64,000 nucleotides of DNA from Octopus sinensis. Its lineage: Eukaryota. Below are positions 39,486 to 54,377 of the stretch, piece after piece (positions within the stretch are counted from its first letter, which is position 1; the number at the start of each line of letters is the position of its first letter). The stretch spans positions 43,090,001 to 43,154,000 of the forward strand of contig NC_043007.1 of the NCBI RefSeq assembly GCF_006345805.1, given 5' to 3'. The notes beneath the pieces were generated by a model that was given only the letters and a program-made list of their open reading frames with translations, searched no databases and was not told the DNA's origin. Position numbers and translations under genes: made by a program.

Positions 39486-39611
39486 CTGTATATCCTTCTG
39501 GACATAAGCAGACATAACCCCCTTCTTTTGGAATGCATGTTCCATTCTGTTGACAAGGTGTTGAGTAACAGAAATTTACTTCAACATCACAGAGTAAATC
39601 AACTGTCATTC
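39486..39611 (-). CDS. CELSR: Flamingo/CELSR exon: second EGF-like repeat
   Basis: GMTVDLLCDVEVNFCYSTPCQQNGTCIPKEGGYVCLCPEGYTG. Acceptor ttcttcacag, donor G|gtcag; 126 bp, phase 1 to 1. Confidence 0.94.
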
Positions 39612-39924
39612 CTGTGAAGAAAATGAAATGAAAAGAGATACTGAATATGATTAGACAAACATCATTGTCACGCCACTGCTGCCACAGCAGCCATTTTAAA
39701 ATCCACTTTTTCATACTTTAATGAACCAGATGGAGTTTACTGACACAAACTTTTAGAGTTGGATGCTCTTCCTGCCACCAACCTGCATTTATTTCCATGC
39801 AAGGTTTAAGTAGAATATTGGAAATGAATGCCATTCATTTACAACAGTCACTCAATGTCAAGACAAGGAGACATAAACATACACACACTCACACACACAT
39901 ATATAATACATATTATATATAATA

Positions 39925-40613
39925 CGAAATCGAAATCGAAATCGAAACCGAATTGAACCAGCCAGGATCCCTGGCCTGGTGGTACGTAAAAAGCACTATC
40001 CGACTCGGGGCTGTGGCACGTAAAATACTCCAATGCGACCATACGACAGGCACCCATGCCAACCCCCTTTGCTTGTGAAGACATGTTGGGGCAAGCGAAA
40101 TCGAAATCGAATTGAACCAGCCAGGATCCCTGGTCTGGTGGTACGTAAAGCACTATCCGACTCGTGGCCGTGGCACGTAAAATACTCCAATGCGACCGTA
40201 CGACAGGCACCCTTGCCAACCCCCTTTGCTTGTGAAGACATGTTGGGGCAAGCGAAATCGAAATCGAATTGAACCAGCCAGGATCCCTGGTCTGGTGGTA
40301 CGTAAAAAGCACTATCCGACTCGTGGCCGATGCCAGCACCGCCTCGACTGGCTTCCGTGCCGGTGGCACATAAAATACACCAATCTGACTGTGGCCGTTG
40401 CCAGCCCCGCCTGGCACCTGTGCAGGTGGCACGTAAAAAGCACCCACTACACTCACGGAGTGGTTGGCGTTAGGAAGGGCATCCAGCTGTAGAAACATTG
40501 CCAAATTAGACTGGAGCCTGGTGCAGCCTTCTGGCTTCCCAGAACCCCGGTCGAACCGTCCAACCCATGCTAGCATGGAGAACGGACGTTAAACGACGAT
40601 GATGATGATGATG
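39925..40613 (+). mobile_element. RTE-type 3' UTR copy preceded by about 2.5 tandem ~157-bp units
   Basis: cgaaatcgaaatcgaattgaaccagccaggatccctgg recurs at 40096 and 40253, with a near-identical copy at ~39937. It continues into a CpG-rich UTR ending gttaaacgacgatgatgat. Confidence 0.8.
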
Positions 40614-41482
40614 AATACGAGCTTTCAATTTCCATCTACCAAATATCCATTCACAAGGCTGCAATTGGCCTGAGTCTATAATAGGAGATACCTCCCTGAG
40701 GTGCCATGCAGTGGGACTGAACCCAAAACTCTGACCCTCCTTACAAAACACACAAATGAAACAATAATATAGTCATAGTAAAATTTAAATTATACCATTT
40801 AGTAACTCCCTTACTAAAATTATGTTCTTATAAAAACTATAACATTTAGTAAAAACATACTTCATTTACTAAAATCAATATGTATACAGGGTTTTTCATT
40901 TTCTCTTAAACACAATAAAGTCTAGTCTTTCAGGATTCAGGAACCAGGTAGTGGTATGCCTATGTTGAACTTCAATAGGAAAGAGATGGTTTGCTCACTG
41001 TTTCTAGAAGTTGGTTTACTGAAACAATGTATATCAATAATGTCTGTAAGAGAGGTATCAATGTTGAAAAGTATACCAATTATTAATCTATTATACTCAA
41101 ACTTTCAGGCGATCCTCTTCCTTGATTTTTCTCAGTTATATCAAATATTGTTGGTGAACCACACTATGTAAAGCCTTGGCATAAGATAAAAGAGTCATTG
41201 AAGGAAAATATTTTCCATCTACACTTCAATAGTTTTCACACACACACACTCTACATATCAAAATCCACTCACAAAGCATTGGTCAAAGAAAAGCTATGGC
41301 AGAAGACATTTAATTTGACAAAGGTGGGATTGAACCTAGAACCATGTGGTTGTGAAATAAGCTTCTCACTCACAAGTTATACCTGCACCATATCTGTTCA
41401 TATATATCACACCCATTTCAAAACATATACATGTATACAATTGTAATTCATTTTAAAAAATAAAAAAAAAACTTTGTTTTAC

Positions 41483-41657
41483 CTGTAAAACCCTTTGGAC
41501 ACCGGCACTGGTATCCATTGTTTGAGTGAATTGGTCGAAAGAGCATTGAATCAGACTTGATGAACGGTGCAGCACTGCCACTAAGGAGACGTGTCATACA
41601 CACTTCAAAGTTAATACATGGTTCCATCACACACAAGTTGTCATCAAATGGCATCAC
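41483..41657 (-). CDS. CELSR: Flamingo/CELSR exon: first EGF-like repeat
   Basis: VMPFDDNLCVMEPCINFEVC...MLFRPIH...YQCRCPKGFTG matches the CELSR VLPFDDNICLREPC...LFRPIHP motif. Acceptor ctcttttcag, donor G|gtaaa; 175 bp, phase 0 to 1, in frame with the previous exon. Confidence 0.95.
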
Positions 41658-43106
41658 CTGAAAAGAGAAATACAAACAAATGACTTACTATAAGTAAAAA
41701 TTTTGAAACTATTATCAATATTTTTAGAGATGAAACATTTATAATATTTATTCCAAAGAAGGAGGTAAGTTGGAAAAATCATTAGAGTATCAAACAAAAT
41801 ACCTTGCGGTGTATTGCTGCAGCTCTCTACCATTTTGAGTTAAAATTCAACAAAGTTAAACTTTGACTTACGTCTTTCCAGGCAAGTAGCGGAATTATTT
41901 TAATCAACACTATCCTTCTCCCCAAATTTTCCAACTTGTATCAATGTTAGAAATTTTTATATTATATCTATGTTACTACATATTGATCAATTTAATCACT
42001 GCTTGTCATCAGGCATCTTATTCCTGGATATATACCTAGTACAAACCAAATGAAATATAGTGCAGATGTAAATATTAAAAACTTTTTCATCTCAACTGAA
42101 AAATTAATAATATAATTAATATAATATGATTAATTAATAGTATTAATAGTAACTCATCTCAGAAGTTTAGACACTTGATGCTCTCTAAGCCTTCTAGTAA
42201 TAGTGAACATGGTCAATATATTTTCTGTGTGCAACTATTGACAAAAATTAAAGATAAATAAATGGTAGTTACTTATGTTACAACAATGCCTCAAGGGACA
42301 GGGATATATAAGCAAGTACCTTAGCCTGGTACTTATTTTATCGAATTCTCCACAGACACAACAAAAAAAAAATATCCCTGGTAACATCTGAAGCTTCAAA
42401 CATCAATTCACTAAACTGAATAAACTGGCTCAATCTTTGTATATTATTAGTACTAATTTTATCAGCTCTAGAGAGATGAAAGGGTGAGGTAACAATGATG
42501 AGATTTAAACTTATAAAAACTGTTGGATGGAATAAGAGATAATATAAAGAGTGTAGCATTTTTGTCAACTGTATGAAAATTATTAAAGGGAACAATGGAT
42601 AATAGTTTCAAAGAAAGTATCAAAAAAATAACACTGATGACTTTAGCAAACAGGGAATTGGTTTTATGTGAATCAGAGATATCATAAGCCTATCACAGCA
42701 TCAAATATCACAACTAAGCAGGCTTTCTGTCTACATTAATCCCAGGTATAGTTTCACTCTAAACATAGCTTATATTAAGTCATAGGTTATCTAACCGAGT
42801 CTGACTAATGATAAATATATGAGTTTCTGGAAAACAAAAGCCAAGTGAGTTGAGGTACATCGCCATATCTTTATAGACATTATGTGATAACAAGATAGTA
42901 AAATTTATGTCATCAATAAAACCACAACGATCAGTACTTTGGTCAAAATATATTTTATTTATCTCAGCCTATCTATATGTGAACAGCTTTATTTTCAACA
43001 ACGCCACAATTGGATCACTTCACTACCAGCAGTACTACTACAAACATCACCTTATACAACCATCATCACTTTTGATAATTCATTCTACAATGTCTCTCTC
43101 TCTCTC

Positions 43107-43141
<35 letters not shown>

Positions 43142-43146
<5 letters not shown>

Positions 43147-43570
43147 CAAATTCAATGACAGGCATCCATGCTAGTGGAGCACTAAGAGCACCATCCGAGC
43201 ATGATCGTTGCCAGAGTGGCTAACTGGCGTTCATGCCAGTGGCACGTAAAAAGCACCATTCAAGTGTGATCATTACCAGCGTCACCTCACTGGTACTTGT
43301 GCCGGTGTGCAGGTGGCACGTAAAAAAGCACGATTTTTTTGTAGCCATTGCCAATACCACCTGACTGGCTCTCATGCCGATAGCACGTAAAAGCACCCAC
43401 TATACTCTCAGAGTGGTTGGCATTAGGAAGGGCATCCAGCTGTAGAAACTCTGCCAGATCAAGATTGGAGCCTGGTGCAGCCATCTGGTTCGCCAGTCCT
43501 CAGTCAAATCATCCAACCCATGCTAGCATGGAAAGCAGACGTTAAACGATGATGATTATGATGATGATGA
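43142..43570 (+). mobile_element. RTE-type 3' UTR copy
   Basis: Repeated ggcacgtaaaaagcac modules, ttaggaagggcatccagctgtagaaac, ccatgctagcatggaaagcagacgttaaacgatgat. Confidence 0.75.
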
Positions 43571-46500
43571 TATACATATATATACACACACATTCATATA
43601 CACATACATAAACACACAATAATTACATCTCTCAGATGGCTTGGCATGATAAATATAGAATTTTATCACTGAAGTCTCATTATAGCATTTTATCAATAGC
43701 ATCACTACTACAATCAACACCTCAATCATCTCTCTCTCCCCTTCTCTCTCTCATTGCTATCATCACCATCACTACCACCATTATCTCCATCCTCATGATC
43801 ATCAGTGTCATCATAAACAACAAAGTAAATAAGTTAATAAAAGCATGAACAAATTTTGCAATACAATTTCTATCAAAATGAGAGTAATTTAGCGATCTAT
43901 AATTTACTGGGAAATCATGTTTAGAGCTTAATAATCTGCTTTCAATCAATCAAGACTGCTATTGTTAAATGGGACAGGAATTTTGAAAAATAACAACAAA
44001 ATAAAAATAAATGTATAAATATATATGACAAAGTAAAAGAATGAAAGAAATGGAAAAGAAAATCCTGAAAGAGATGAGAATGAAGTTCAGTCTGCAAAGC
44101 TGAGTAAAATGGATTTATTTTGAGATAATGTAATTCAATGTAGAAGAATGCCATCAAATCTTGCTGTAATGGAAGCTGACATATTTTCTTTGAGAAAGAG
44201 TCTTTTATAAAGCTATTTATCTATGATATAAAGAATAAAGCCCTTTAAACCAGTGGAAAAGATTTATTTTGTTTTAAACTAAATACTACTCTTCTTTTTT
44301 TTTCAGAATAATATCTTTTGAATAACTTATTGCTGAGGAAGCATCATATCTAAGCATATTAGAGACTACACTTTGAACAAAATACTTATTAAGAACATTA
44401 TACATTTTGAAGTTTGTATCTTTTATTTAGGACAGCTACAAAAGATAATTGCAAAAAGAGAATTACAAAGACAGAGGTTGAGCATGTTTATCACTTCTGC
44501 ACCTCTGTAGAGTATTAACTGTCTGCTATTTCTAGTAGGTCATATAATCTTATAGAGAAGCTCCTTTGGTAGGTCATGCACAATTTATATAATTCCTCAA
44601 CTTGCTGAAATAACAACTAAAACTGATGCCTTAATACTACAATCATATTTCTGTGCTACATACTAAAATAACACACCAAAACTCTTAATAAAGAAAAAAT
44701 AGAAATACTAGCCATATGAGGCATTTCAACCTGTTGACCATTCAACACCAGGAGGAAATAATTTGTATTCTAAAACCAATGCATTGCAAATACATACCTT
44801 ATGCTGTGCACTGTATATGCCAACCCTTGAAATATGAAACAACCACCCATAAATGTTACCTTAAAAATTATAAAGGACCTTACATCCAATTTTGACATTT
44901 TTCAAAAAAGGATTAATAAGTAATAAGAAACTGGTTTGTCAACAGCTATCATCAGTCAGATGTTTTTTGTATGATTATGTTATAAGAAAAACAAAAATGA
45001 AGATAATTTTGTTTTCTTTCTTTCTTTTTTTAATACAGTATCACAACTGTTCTTGTTATTAAGCAAAGATTTCACAAGATCTAATATTTCACTTCAGATA
45101 TTTTAAAATTGAGATTGAGCAGAAAAGCATAATGGCTACAAACAAATAAATAAATAAATAAATCTGAAACAGATTAAGTAACTGTCTGGTGTTTTATTAG
45201 TATGATAGCAATTACAGAACTCTGTTGTATACACACAAATGTCATCTAGTAAGTTATTTGACACAACTCTGAACGTATTAAATACTAGCTTAAAACAAGC
45301 CTAACAACAAAATAATAGAAACTTCTCTAAAAACAATGTTGATTTTGATTTTTACATTTGTTCTAATCCATTTTCCCCATTCTCAAAATACACAAGTGAA
45401 AACATAAGTTCAGTAAATAATAGAGTGAACTTTTGGTTAAAAACAAACAAACGGGATGTCAGATTGCTGGCACATTAACAAATAAACAAACACTTTAAAT
45501 ACAGAAACACACACAAACAAACACTTTAAAAGCAGAAACACACACAAACACAAAGAGGTAAAAAGCCACTGAGAGAGCTTCTTTGTGTGCACTCAACTTG
45601 CTAGAAATAAACACCAAATCTTCTTCAAATCACACCTGATCATTTTAAAACAGAATGACCACACCAGACAATGGAATGCCTATTATATAAAAGACAGCAT
45701 GATGATGGTTAGAATGCTTTTTAAGGCAGTGCTCCAGCATAGCATCAGCCATGATAGCTAACACAAATTAAAGAACTAAGAAACATGGGTCTTTTCAATA
45801 AAGGTTGACTTAAGAGCTAAACAAGTGAAAAAAAGACAGCCTCTGATACAGCAAAGCTCTAAAGTAAGACAGGAACTGGCATTGCTAATACTAAACCATT
45901 GTATTGCTTAGCCAAAGCTCTGAGCTGACTTATTATGATCAAAATCACTACATCCATGACAAACTGGTCTTATTTTTTGACACTTTATCAAGAACTACAT
46001 TACCTAGTGTCCTGCCCTATTTATGATGGTAAGGTGTAATTTGCAGGACAATTAGCAACTATTTGTAGCAGGTCAAACTACTACAGTCTCCCTCTGTGGC
46101 TCACAAGCTATCAACTTGACCAAGGCAGTGAGCCACATAAGAAGTGAAGAAATACCATTATTATGATATTGTTACAGTGTTTTTCCTTTTCTTTTTTAAT
46201 CCCCAATTTTTAAATTGCATCAAATTGGGCAAAAGTTTGCTCAGTTCTTATATGAAGGTACAGTTTCACACATCTTACTTGTGGAATTACTTGTGAAATT
46301 TTATAGCTTCTTAATAACTATGATTTTAGTCTAGGTCATTTATCTGGAAACAGTCTCAATGAGATCATATTCTCATCTTCTTTATCAAATTCAGACTCAG
46401 GCAAACCTATGAGGTATGGACATGGTTGTTGCAGTCAAGAAGTTTGCTTTCCAACCACATGGTTTCAGGTTCATTCCTGGAACCATGTGGTTCATGTATG

Positions 46501-46583
46501 GCATGTTGTGCAAGTACCTTCAACTACAGACTCAGGTTGACCAAAGCCCTATTACAAGATTTGGTAAACAGAAACTGGATGAA

Positions 46584-46625
<42 letters not shown>

Positions 46626-47562
46626 ATTGCACAATAGTTGTAAACTAGTGTCACTGTTATACAAATAATGTCATTCATTTCCAATCTTCCACGGAAACCT
46701 GTCTTGTCATAAAGAAAATGTTACTTTGCTTGGAAACAGGTAAGGGTTGGTGATATGAAGGGCAGCTGCTTATAGAAAATCTACTTCAACAAATTAACAT
46801 TAGCGCAATGATGGTAATTCACAGAACAAACCATTGTCTTGCTTTCAATGTTGTATTTAACCAGATTAAATGCAAAATTACTGGAACTCAAGATAACCAG
46901 CAAATCATTGAATGGCTACTTAGAGATTGTATAAGCTGATTAACTCTTTTGTTACAATATTCCTGCTGAAATACATTGTCTTTAGCTTAATTAATAATGA
47001 AAATAAAGAAAAATTTAATAAAATAACTTTGACATTATTAAACTGGTGTTTAGAACAAAAATTAACATGAAATTTTGGTGGAACGTTTAATTCAAATCAC
47101 TTTAAAATGGAAAGTTTGTCTCATTGAACCAAGGGTCTTTTTCAAGACAAGTTGATATCAAAAGGGTTTTAAACTAGATAAAATCCAGAATCCTGGGAAA
47201 TTTTACTTCCAGCCCAACAACAACACTTCATGTTCAGATGAAGAGGAAAACCAAGAAAAAAAAAACACAAGGCAACAGTTCTTATGACAAACTTGGCTTG
47301 AACATTTTTAATAACTGACTTTACTCACTGACCCTAACAACATATACTTTCTCAATCTATTGTAATACTATATTAATCTGTCTTTCTACATCTATTCATT
47401 GTTATTCTTTATTTTATATGCAGCTGTACACACATAATTATGAATTTTGCATACTTGTAGATATATAAACATGTGTACACAGGCACGTGCACACACACAC
47501 ACACACACACATCTGCAGCTCTATACATACGTAAGCATGAATCTCCATGTTTGTAGATATAT

Positions 47563-47605
<43 letters not shown>

Positions 47606-48112
47606 GCAAAATACACAAACATGAATACATGTATATATTAGGCTCATGTCCATACATTCATGTATTTACATCTTAATCTAAGTCACTGTTAATCCTACCA
47701 ATTAGATTTAAAGGGAGGCAAGGAGGCAAAGGTGGAAGGGGGTACTTGTCAATCAGCAACTTGACCACCTGTCAGATTTCAGGTAGTAGAAGGAGAACAA
47801 TTAAATCCTTAGCCAACATTCAAGCCACCATATATGTTCTGGAGGACACTTACAGTAAAAGTTCAGTAAAGTGTCACACTGAAGTTTTTTCTCAAAACAG
47901 TTTTATTGTTTGGGAGCCTTTTCTCTCTTATTATTTATTTTATATTGAAAACTTTGTGGTTTGGGAGAAAAGAAACTTTGTTATGGTGCAATTGGGACAT
48001 TAAGTTTTAATAAAAGGGATTTGATTAGAGTTAAAAAGGCAAAAGAAGAAAAAGTGGTAGGTTAGTTTTTTTTCTTTGTTCTTCATTACTTTAAGGACAG
48101 ATTAAGTGTGTG

Positions 48113-48162
<50 letters not shown>

Positions 48163-51100
48163 TGAAAGGGAAAAAAAGGGACATAGAAGGAAGTACACAG
48201 ACACACACCATGACAAATAAAATGGAGCCAACATAAAGGGACCAGAGAAGTTAGTGTGTGTATAACAAACACACACACACAAATATACATGTTATAGTTT
48301 GTAAATAAAGTCAGAAGATTGTACTCAGGACATAGTGGAGAATTTCTTCATATATTTATTTAAACTGGGGTTTTGACCACTACTTGAACTATGCTTTCTA
48401 CTATCTTTCAAGGGACCAACAAATATTCAAATTTACATTTACATTCCTTTGTGGGTTACCTATCATTTTCATTGGTTAATCCATTGGTTAATCTGACTGT
48501 CATTGAACATTCCATTTATAGCCATATACATATATAAATGCTTGAATTCCAAGAACAATCCAATACTTCTAAGTATGGAAAAACTGATGTTGATGTCTAA
48601 ATATACTTCAGCTAGTACGAGTACACACATATGTATTTACACACACATGCGTGTGTATGTCTATGTGTCTGTGTATACACAATCGAGAGACAGAAGGAGA
48701 GATGATTGTCAAATCATAGTTGAGTAGGAGTATTTTTAAATACAAACAGTTTAGTTGTCAGATGGAATTTTTGTTTGATCAGCAAGCAATTTATTCCAAT
48801 TTATGAACAAAAAAATAACCACTCATCCTTTTTGTCTATTTTTCATGCACAATTCTTTCCTAATCAATTTATCTTTAGATTTCATATCTAAATGAATGGC
48901 TCTTACAACATATCTTTGACAGACAATTTAATTCTGCAGACTTTGTATATAAGGAATGATTTGAGTATTTGCTATTTATACTGATAGAGTTATTTCTATA
49001 ATAGTGGACAGTACACTTGTACACTCATGATCTAGTTGGCTTCTTTATGTTTAAATCTTTGGAATTCTTCATAAGCATAAACCATCATCTTCCAAACTGC
49101 TAAGTTAATCTGAATTTGACCTAGTTACTGGAAACAATAATCATTATACTTTCATATTTTAGGTAGTGAGCAATGGTGCTTTGCAGTACTTTCTTTATAT
49201 TTAACCTTTCATAAAGATCTTACTTTGGCCTCAAATTGTATAACATTAGCAACTCATTAAGGTTTGTACTTAATGATTCAAAAGTGAAGGACACAAGTCT
49301 GCTTAAATTAAAACAATTCTACGTGATATTATTTATTCTAATAGGTGTTGACCGAATGGTGCAAAGAAGGAAGAAGGGAAAAAACAGAATATTTTAATCA
49401 AAAGAAGCTAATTGTATACAGTGGTTTATCCATACTTTCTTACAGTATCCAATCCAGTATGTGTCTCTTTTTAGATATTTGCAGGGATTGGCATCACCTA
49501 CGTTAAACTTTTATGGAAATTACTAAAGAAGGTGAGGAGTTCATCATCATCATCATCATTTAATGTTTACCTTCCATGTTAGCATGGGTAGGACGGTTTG
49601 ATAAGAGCCAGCCAGGCAGAGAAGCCTGGCCCAGACTTCTGTAACTGTTATGGCAGGGTTTTTACAGCTGGATGCCCTTCCTAACACCAACCACTCAGCA
49701 AAGTGGACTTAGTGCTTTTTTATGTGGCACAAGCACAGGTGAGGTCAGTTTTGGCAAGGTTTTTACAATTGGATGCCCTTCCAAACACCAACCACTTTAC
49801 AGTGTGGACTGGGTACTTTTAAGTGGCACCTGTACTGACAGAGTCACCAAGTACTTGCAAGACAAAAAAAAAGCCTCTTTTGAGAAGGGAGAGGGCATTG
49901 GAGGAGGTGATCTAGTGTCAGATGATAAAAGGTTATAGTGAAGCAGAGAGATAGAAACAGGTGTCTTGCTGTAGAGGAGGTACAATGTTACCCGGCCAGA
50001 GAGAGAGAGATCAGGAATGAAGAGAGAAACAGATGTGCTGCTGCAAAGGAAACACATGGTTACCCAACCTGAGGGAAGTGCAGGAGAAAGAGAGAGAGAG
50101 AAGGAGACAGTAGGATAGAGATAGTAGCAAAGTGCCGGGCATACACAATAACCCAGTGAAACAGGTCATGGGTGGAACGTACAGGTCAGAAGCTAACAGA
50201 TAGCAATGATACAGAATGGCACAGGGCCAAGAGGACAGGATTAGGGAGTGGGAGGTAAGCCTAGTGCATGAAGTGGAAATGTGAGGAAGAGAAGAGATGT
50301 AGCTTGGTTTGTTGTGGTAGAGTGTATGAGAAATTTTCTTCTTAAGTGTGGGTGGGATACACAGCACTTTTAGAATTCAGTTTCGCTGACGTGGGTGGGT
50401 CTTCTCAAGAACTTCATATCGTCAGATATAATGAAATTATACTGCACCTTGGGTGCATGATCAATTTTGTTTTCTGCTCACTGTCAACACAATTTCTGAT
50501 TTACATTCTCATTCCAACAAAACCCCCAGTGTTCCATCTCCCTCCATAATGTTGCTCGACATTTGCAAGCTCCTTGTGAGCTCACAAATCCCCTAATGAG
50601 ATGTTGCCATCCAAGTTAAAAACAACTGCTTTATATAGTCAACACAAATCCCACAACAGCTTCATATCTTACATCACATAGAAAAACTAGAAGCAAATTT
50701 GAATAATTCAGCACCTGGTTTATGCATCTCAAACAGTACATCACCAGATCAAAGTTGTACTTTTGAAGGGTTTCCCCCATCACCACCACCACTACAAACA
50801 AAATAGACATCCTTTCAGAGGTCTTTCATAACACTGTAGATGAATATTCTTACATTCTAACATCTAAATCTGAAATTTTTGTTAATGTTCCCACTAAAAC
50901 TAATTCTTAACTTTACATTATTTTGGCCCTGGTTAGGACATTAGTCTTAAACAGCTAAGTGTGAGACAAACAACTAGTAACTCATTTTTAATTACTGTGT
51001 AAATAGTCTTACCCATATTGTTGTTCAGATATAGAGAGTAAAGGGGAAGAGTGAGGTTAGGGGTTAGCATAAAGGAGTAGTGGCAGGGAACAAAGTAACA

Positions 51101-53163
51101 ATGGCAATGGGGTGGATTGCATTTGGTGAACTTTGTGATGGGGTGGGCCAGTGTGTCTGCTATAGCAACGTAAGTTGGCAAAATTACACACACACACACA
51201 CACAAGTACATCAGTGTACAAAGAAAATGGCTCCCACAAACTTTCAGAAGTTCCTATACATATGAACACATACCTGCTGGCCTCAGAAACACCAGGTGAT
51301 GCCCATGAGAGTCATTGGCAGCTAAATTACATGAATAAATACATTACATAAGATATTGGTTTCAAATTTTGGTACAAGGCCAGCAGTTTTGGGGAAGAGG
51401 CTAAGTCGATCTCATCATCCCCAGTGTTCAGCTGGTACTTATTTTACTGACTGCAAAAAGACAAAAGGCACAGCTGAACTTAGTGGAATTTGAATGCAGA
51501 ATGTGAAGATACACAAAATGCCATTAAACATTTTGCCCAGCATACTTATAATTCTGCCAGCTTGCCAACTTGCTCTACATAAAATATCAAATGCTCTTTT
51601 CTTTTTACACTTATCTACATCTGTACACATGCATGCACACACGCACACATACACACACACACATACTGTATAAACATGCAAAGATTATAAATCAATAAGG
51701 CACACTATACAATTGTTCAGCATGCCAGAAATAGCAGCCAAATACTCACACCTTATCACCTTAAATAAAGAAAGGATATATTTAATAATGTAATCCTACA
51801 AACTTCTAAAATAGTGGGATGATCATGGCTAAAATTAATTGTAACATACAAAATACAAGTCTCAATGCCAAATATGCTATCTTTAAGACAGTATGTTTAT
51901 TCTAGTATTTAATACAGAAAGCAGTCATTGATAATCAGATTAGTGGCTTCTTGAATTTGTAATGATGGATTAAGCAACACCTTTATGAATGAAGAGAGAT
52001 TTAATACGAAACAGTGTAGGAGTGGGAGGAGGTTACATTAATAACATATGTAGATGAGAGTCTTAATATTTAAATGGATTTTCGGTACATCTGGCATCTA
52101 AAAATATCAATGCGTTTAATTTTGATACACTAGTGTGAAGCTCATGCATTTGCTTATCTCCTTTTTCAACTCTTTGCAGTGTGAAGCTAATATACAATTT
52201 AAGCCTATTTTTTTTACTAATGTTTAGTATATTTGTACCAAAAGAAAATATGGACTATAATAAAAAATATTTGAAGAATGGAAATTTTAGATAAACTATT
52301 TAAGTTTTCATTTATGTCTTTGATATTATATCTCTGCAACATACTTTTTTCAAATAAACTACTTAGTGTTCAAATTCCACTAAGGTCAACTTTGCCTTTC
52401 ATCTTTTTGCAGTCAGTATAATAAGTACCAGCTGATCACTGGTGATAATGAGATCAACTTAGCCTCTTCCCCAAAGCTGCTGGCCTTGTATTAAAATGTT
52501 ACATTTTTCCAAATAAACTACTTTTTGAAACTGTAAACTTATGTCTTTTAAGACCATCTTTCTTATTATTCCTCCTTAAATATTTCAAAATTTAGAGCTT
52601 TGATCTTTTGATAGTTTGATTATATGGTTCATTTGAAATTCAGACTACTCACATTTGGCTTTATGATTGGCACCCATTTGTAATAGACTGATATTTTATC
52701 AATGGAAAGCTGTTTATCAATAACTTAATGCTACAAGATCAAAGTTAAGACCCGTCCTAGAGAGCACTGAAGCCTACAGAAAATGTACACTACATAAACA
52801 ACAGCACTGGTTCCTAGATCAGTGCAAAAGTAATCACACACACAAATGCACACATAAGTGCAGACTTTCACATATCTTTTTTTCTTTTTTACTTTTTTGT
52901 TTCAGTCATTTGACTGTGGCCATACTGGAGCACCACCTTACAGGGCTTTAGTCAAACAAATCAACCCCAAGACTTATTCTCTGTAAGCTTAGTACTTATT
53001 CTATCAGTCTCTTTTGCCGAACCACTAAGATACAAGGACATAAACACACCAACATCGGTTGTCAAGCGATGGTGGAGGAACAAACATAGACAGAAACACA
53101 CACACACACACACACACGTGTGCGCACACGCACACACACACACACACACACGTGTCCGCACAT

Positions 53164-53204
<41 letters not shown>

Positions 53205-53922
53205 GGGCTTCAGTTTCCGTCTACCAAATTCACTCACAAGGCTTTGGTTGACCTGAGGCTATAGTAGAAGACACTTGCCCAAGCTGCTTTGCAGTGGGAC
53301 TGAACCAAAAACCATGTGATTAGGAAGCAAGCTTCTTATCACACAGCCATGCCTGTTTTCAACAAAATTCTACTCATAAGTTATTGGTCAACTTGAGGTT
53401 TTAGTAGAAGACACTTGTCCAAAAGGCTGTGCAGTGAAATCAAACCCAGAACCACATTGCTGCAAAGAGAACTCATTAACAAAACAGCAATGCTAACATG
53501 CATACACACACATGCACACACACATTTAGCTCTGAGCTACTCTTTCTTTGGCTTATTTAGATAAAAATAATTCTGAGCTGAGTGTTATTAGCTAGACCTC
53601 AAATTATAGCAGCACTATTCATTTGAATAACAACAGATTGAAGCTGCAATATAAATTGAGAGCGGGGTTGAGAGAAAGAGTGATATTAGTTTGTCAGTGT
53701 CTGGTTTTGTGTTGTGCTATTCATGCATAAATATAATGAGAGAGAAGGAATTTACTACTGCAGATTAACAAACAGGTGAGGAAAATACGGTGCTTTAATA
53801 TCATCTTGATACCAAATCATCTCATCATAAACCTAGCAATGACAGTTCTGGTTATAAAGTCAGCATTAATGTTCCAGTCATAATGTTGATACTTGTTGAT
53901 ACTTCAGAGCCTATCATAAAAT

Positions 53923-54377
53923 TGATCATCTGAATTCTCGTTACAAAATCAGTACTCATTTCTAGATCCAATTAACATATATATTATAGATGTGAATGTA
54001 TATCTATTATAAAAATATAATGGCAATATAGCAGAAACACATGTTATTTAACTGTTGTTCATAGACATAATAATCATTATTGGTAATATATTTCAAGCTG
54101 AATCTGTGATTAAATAACAAATATCTTCATGGATTATCTGCAAGTTATTATTAACACAGAGCTGAACACATTTCGCAAAACTTAAGTCCAACATACCAAT
54201 TACAACATGTAATTAATTGTAAATATTTACAGTATCAAAGTGTCAACTTTCTGATTATTAGCTTGTGGCTTACTACAAACAATACATTATATCTCTGTTC
54301 AAATGTTTGGTGAGATAATATATATTAATTGGATCTAGAAATGAGTACTGATTTTATAACGAGAATTCAGATGATCA
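53923..54377. repeat. Inverted repeat with ~63-bp near-perfect arms and a ~330-bp spacer
   Basis: tgatcatctgaattctcgttacaaaatcagtactcatttctagatccaattaa versus ttaattggatctagaaatgagtactgattttataacgagaattcagatgatca. Confidence 0.85.

Noticed and set aside
39925-40330. Regular repeats suggesting a CRISPR array
   Set aside because: Whole units repeat with no unique spacers, and the context is eukaryotic with no cas genes.
39848-40576. 242-aa ORF, the longest in the window
   Set aside because: Antisense reading of the tandem-repeated RTE-type UTR; no domain recognisable.
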